From Candidatus Daviesbacteria bacterium (GTDB lineage Bacteria; Patescibacteriota; Microgenomatia; Daviesbacterales; UBA10151): a stretch of 64,000 nt of DNA. The stretch is taken from contig JACPKL010000001.1 of NCBI GenBank assembly GCA_016187035.1, positions 14,607-78,606 of the forward strand. Direction: 5' to 3'. Each line of letters starts with the position of its first letter. The first letter of the stretch is position 1. Below, piece after piece: positions 61,797 through 64,000 of the stretch. The notes beneath the pieces were generated by a model that was not told the DNA's origin, did not search any database, and saw nothing but the letters and a program-made list of their open reading frames with translations. A program made the translations under genes and the position numbers.

Positions 61797-62690
61797 ATGA
61801 CCTATAACATTACAATATATGATATGATATCACTTCGTGATGCACACCAACAATTTATTGGACACCTGCAAGGTAAATCCCGCGCCTCAGCTACTATCTT
61901 AGCCTATGGTAAAGACATAGAGCAACTGGTGGATTACTTGCAGAATTTGGGTAAGCTTGATCCTAACGAGATTACAACAGAAGATTTGCAAATCTTTATG
62001 GATAGTTTAGCCAAACAATCTTACACTGCTAAATCTATTTCCAGGAAAACTAATTCCACCAAAACCTTCTTTAAGTTTTTGAAAACCACTGGTGTCATTT
62101 CTAATGATCCAGCTACTAATTTGGCTCATCCTAAGTTTGAAAATAAACCTCCCAGAATTTTAACTAAGCTGGAATACAGAGCTTTAAGAGATGCTGCCAG
62201 AACTGATGTCAGGATGATGGCAGTAATTGAGCTGCTTTTACAAACCGGGATCAGAATCGGAGAATTAGCAAAGCTTAGAGTTGAGGATGTTAATTTGGAA
62301 GAAACCTCATCTTTACATGTTCCCCTCTTTGAGGGGGCCAACGAGAGAACTATCCCTTTGATAAAAGCCGCTTCAGAAGCAGTTGCCAAATATTTAGAGA
62401 TCAGGCCAAAATCACCTTCACATTCTTTATTTATCACTAAAACCGGCAGGCCTTTGCTTATCAGAAATATCAGGACTGCAATTGACAGGTATTTCAGAAT
62501 TGCTGGAATTAAGGATGCCAAGGTAAATGACTTAAGACATACCTGGGTTGCACACCAGCTCCAATCCGGTGTACCTATGACTATGGTTTCAAAGCTGGCC
62601 GGACATAAAAGATTATCAACCACAGAAAGATATCTTCAGTTTATCCAAGGCCAGGCAGTTGATGCTAAAGTCAAACTGGAGGAATTGTAA
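61797..62690 (+). CDS. Tyrosine recombinase, XerC/XerD-like
   Basis: N-terminal SAM-like domain. Catalytic residues in context TGIRIGEL (R), LRHTWVAHQL (H-x-x-R) and GHKRLSTTERY (H..Y). The track start is a TTG at 61788. Confidence 0.85.
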   Translation: MTYNITIYDMISLRDAHQQFIGHLQGKSRASATILAYGKDIEQLVDYLQNLGKLDPNEITTEDLQIFMDSLAKQSYTAKSISRKTNSTKTFFKFLKTTGVISNDPATNLAHPKFENKPPRILTKLEYRALRDAARTDVRMMAVIELLLQTGIRIGELAKLRVEDVNLEETSSLHVPLFEGANERTIPLIKAASEAVAKYLEIRPKSPSHSLFITKTGRPLLIRNIRTAIDRYFRIAGIKDAKVNDLRHTWVAHQLQSGVPMTMVSKLAGHKRLSTTERYLQFIQGQAVDAKVKLEEL

Positions 62691-62737
62691 ATAACTTGTA
62701 TCTTGACATAGTTCTGATTTTCTGATATTCTGAAATC

Positions 62738-62995
62738 ATGAAAACTGTCAGTATTGTTCGAGATAGAGGTCAGCTAACGATACCTGATTCTATTCGTAGG
62801 GTTGTAAATTGGATTGCTCCTATGTCTGCTGTATCTATTTCTGTTGTAAAACCTGATGAGATTATTATCAAACCCCACCAGCAACAAATTGATTGGGATC
62901 AGGTTTGGGAAAATATAAGAAAATCTAGAGCCAGTTTAGGTAAGGGTAAGATTAGTGCAGCAGAATTTTTAGAGCAGGATCGTAGATCACATTAA
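62738..62995 (+). CDS. vapB: AbrB/MazE-type antitoxin
   Basis: IVRDRGQLTIPDSIRRVVNW swapped-hairpin motif. Stop overlaps the vapC start. Confidence 0.75.
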   Translation: MKTVSIVRDRGQLTIPDSIRRVVNWIAPMSAVSISVVKPDEIIIKPHQQQIDWDQVWENIRKSRASLGKGKISAAEFLEQDRRSH

Positions 62996-63414
62996 TGAAT
63001 ACCCTAGTTATTGACACATCAGTATTTGTCAAATGGTTAAGCCAAAATAATGAACAAGATCTAGAAAATGCAGATAAAATTCTCCAGGACGTTAAAAATG
63101 GTCAAGCAGAACTTATAGTTCCGGAGTTAATTAAATACGAAGTTGGAAATGTTCTTCTAAAAGGTAAGCAATTAACACCAAATCAAGCACATATTTCTTT
63201 TGGGACTGCATATTCCTTACCGATTACCTTCATTGCAGATTCAGAGCAACAGGCAAAAGATACTTACTCCCTCGCTTATAACTTAGGAATTAACTACTAT
63301 GACGCCTCGTTTATGTCATTGGCTAAACAATATAATGCTACACTAGTAACGAATAACATAAAACACCAAGGAAAAGATTCAACTATTAAAGTTGTCGCAC
63401 TTAAAGATTACTAA
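62995..63414 (+). CDS. vapC: PIN-domain toxin VapC
   Basis: MNTLVIDTSVFVKWL and YDASFMSLAKQYNATLVTNN. PIN acidic residues are present. Confidence 0.8.
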   Translation: MNTLVIDTSVFVKWLSQNNEQDLENADKILQDVKNGQAELIVPELIKYEVGNVLLKGKQLTPNQAHISFGTAYSLPITFIADSEQQAKDTYSLAYNLGINYYDASFMSLAKQYNATLVTNNIKHQGKDSTIKVVALKDY

Positions 63415-63415
63415 G

Positions 63416-63487
63416 TGGGCGGACCAGGATTTGAACCTGGAACCAAATCTGTATAAGAGATTTGCTCTACCGTTGAGCTATCCGCCC
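63416..63487 (-). tRNA. tRNA-Ile with anticodon UAU (reads AUA)
   Basis: Own fold of the reverse complement: GGGCGGA-TA-GCTC-AACGGTA-GAGC-A-AATCT-CTTATAC-AGATT-TGGTT-CCAGG-TTCAAAT-CCTGG-TCCGCCC-A. All stems are Watson-Crick paired. No encoded CCA. Confidence 0.85.
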
Positions 63488-63504
63488 GATCGGTAGTCAT
63501 TATA

Positions 63505-64000
63505 CTAGAGCTTGGCTCTCTGGGCAATTGAGACCTCTACCTGGGTAACATCTCTGCCATACTTTAATCTTGATAACTCCCTGATGGCTTGTCCTATTTG
63601 AGGCTTTAACATTGCTTTCCATTTAACCATGTCTTTGGTGGTATCCAGAGAAAACGGCACTACCGGTTCACCGCTGACTATAGTCTTGATATAAGCATGA
63701 GGAGATTCAATATTAACCAGATCCTGCTCAGAAAAAGTAGGGGAAAACTCATGTTGTAAATAGTTAGCGTCTGTTACTCCTACTCGGAAAGCTATTACAG
63801 TACCCACATTACCAAAAACCGCATTCTTTAAATCTTCGCCAATTTGGCCGATAAATTGATTTGCCACAGTTAAATTAAGTCTATATTTCCTGGCTTCTGA
63901 TAATATATCTGCAAAAGTATCTGTGGCAAAATTTTGGAACTCATCAACATATAAATAAAAATCGCGTCTATCCTCCATCTGCATATCTGTTCTGGACATG
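63505..64000 (-). CDS. C-terminal part of a type IV secretion coupling-protein-like (TraD/VirD4/TraG-family) ATPase; N-terminus outside the window
   Basis: FYLYVDEFQNFATDTFADILSEARKYRLNLTVANQFIGQI (Walker-B-like DEF plus the ARK..L..A.Q block typical of T4CP/HerA-like ATPases). The ORF is open to the window edge. Confidence 0.6.
   Translation of the reverse strand, partial: MSRTDMQMEDRRDFYLYVDEFQNFATDTFADILSEARKYRLNLTVANQFIGQIGEDLKNAVFGNVGTVIAFRVGVTDANYLQHEFSPTFSEQDLVNIESPHAYIKTIVSGEPVVPFSLDTTKDMVKWKAMLKPQIGQAIRELSRLKYGRDVTQVEVSIAQRAKL

Noticed and set aside
1-64000. Alternative genetic code (UGA recoding, as in some candidate phyla).
   Set aside because: Conserved genes terminate at family-appropriate lengths on TGA/TAA/TAG (for example the TGA stops at 3087 and 53253). 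No conserved ORF requires read-through.

Overview
AT-rich, very gene-dense bacterial window with about 73 CDS or pseudogenes, mostly on the minus strand in long co-directional arrays, plus 3 tRNAs. No rRNA, CRISPR array or prophage is visible, and the standard genetic code fits. The gene set is ATP-dependent DNA ligase, EndoQ-like nuclease, class I aldolase, a PolA without a proofreading domain, many small toxin-antitoxin pairs, small PaaX-like regulators and a four-helix-bundle gene fragment. Together with the compact layout this suggests a Candidate Phyla Radiation (Patescibacteria-like) genome, but that is inference only. Core content: carAB-pyrB and argF-argG-argH, the latter behind what reads as a T-box leader. 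Also pyrC, recF, fpg, pth, trpS, ftsH, polA, fba/glpX, a SucC/SucD-like plus short citrate-synthase-like trio, two paralogous ABC-2 exporter pairs, a two-component system and a Xer-type recombinase. A T4SS coupling-protein-like gene is cut by the right edge. The most unusual signal is repeat DNA inside coding sequence. (i) A nested-palindrome element family (termini GTCATTGCGAG/CTCGCAATGAC, conserved core GTGGCAATCTTCC..GGAAGATTCC) sits in-frame and stop-free inside EndoQ, DNA ligase, PolA and the SucC-like gene. It also supplies the C-terminus and stop codon of an IMPase-family gene. (ii) A second palindrome (GAGAGTCCACTGGACTCTC) is in-frame in carA and a glycoside-hydrolase-like gene. (iii) Heptanucleotide tandem tracts are embedded in-frame in at least nine housekeeping genes and also flank a truncated four-helix-bundle gene. 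Other notable items: a TA cassette inserted with a ~42-bp target duplication, a tRNA-Ile with anticodon UAU, a palindromic ACGATCGT motif at PaaX-like/Fic/ABC promoters, and several K-poor, R/G/P-rich genes of unknown function. One of these is a P-loop protein translationally coupled to a GAF histidine kinase, and another is an AAA+ protein with a novel N-domain upstream of ftsH. All calls rest on reading the sequence and the ORF track; no database search was run.
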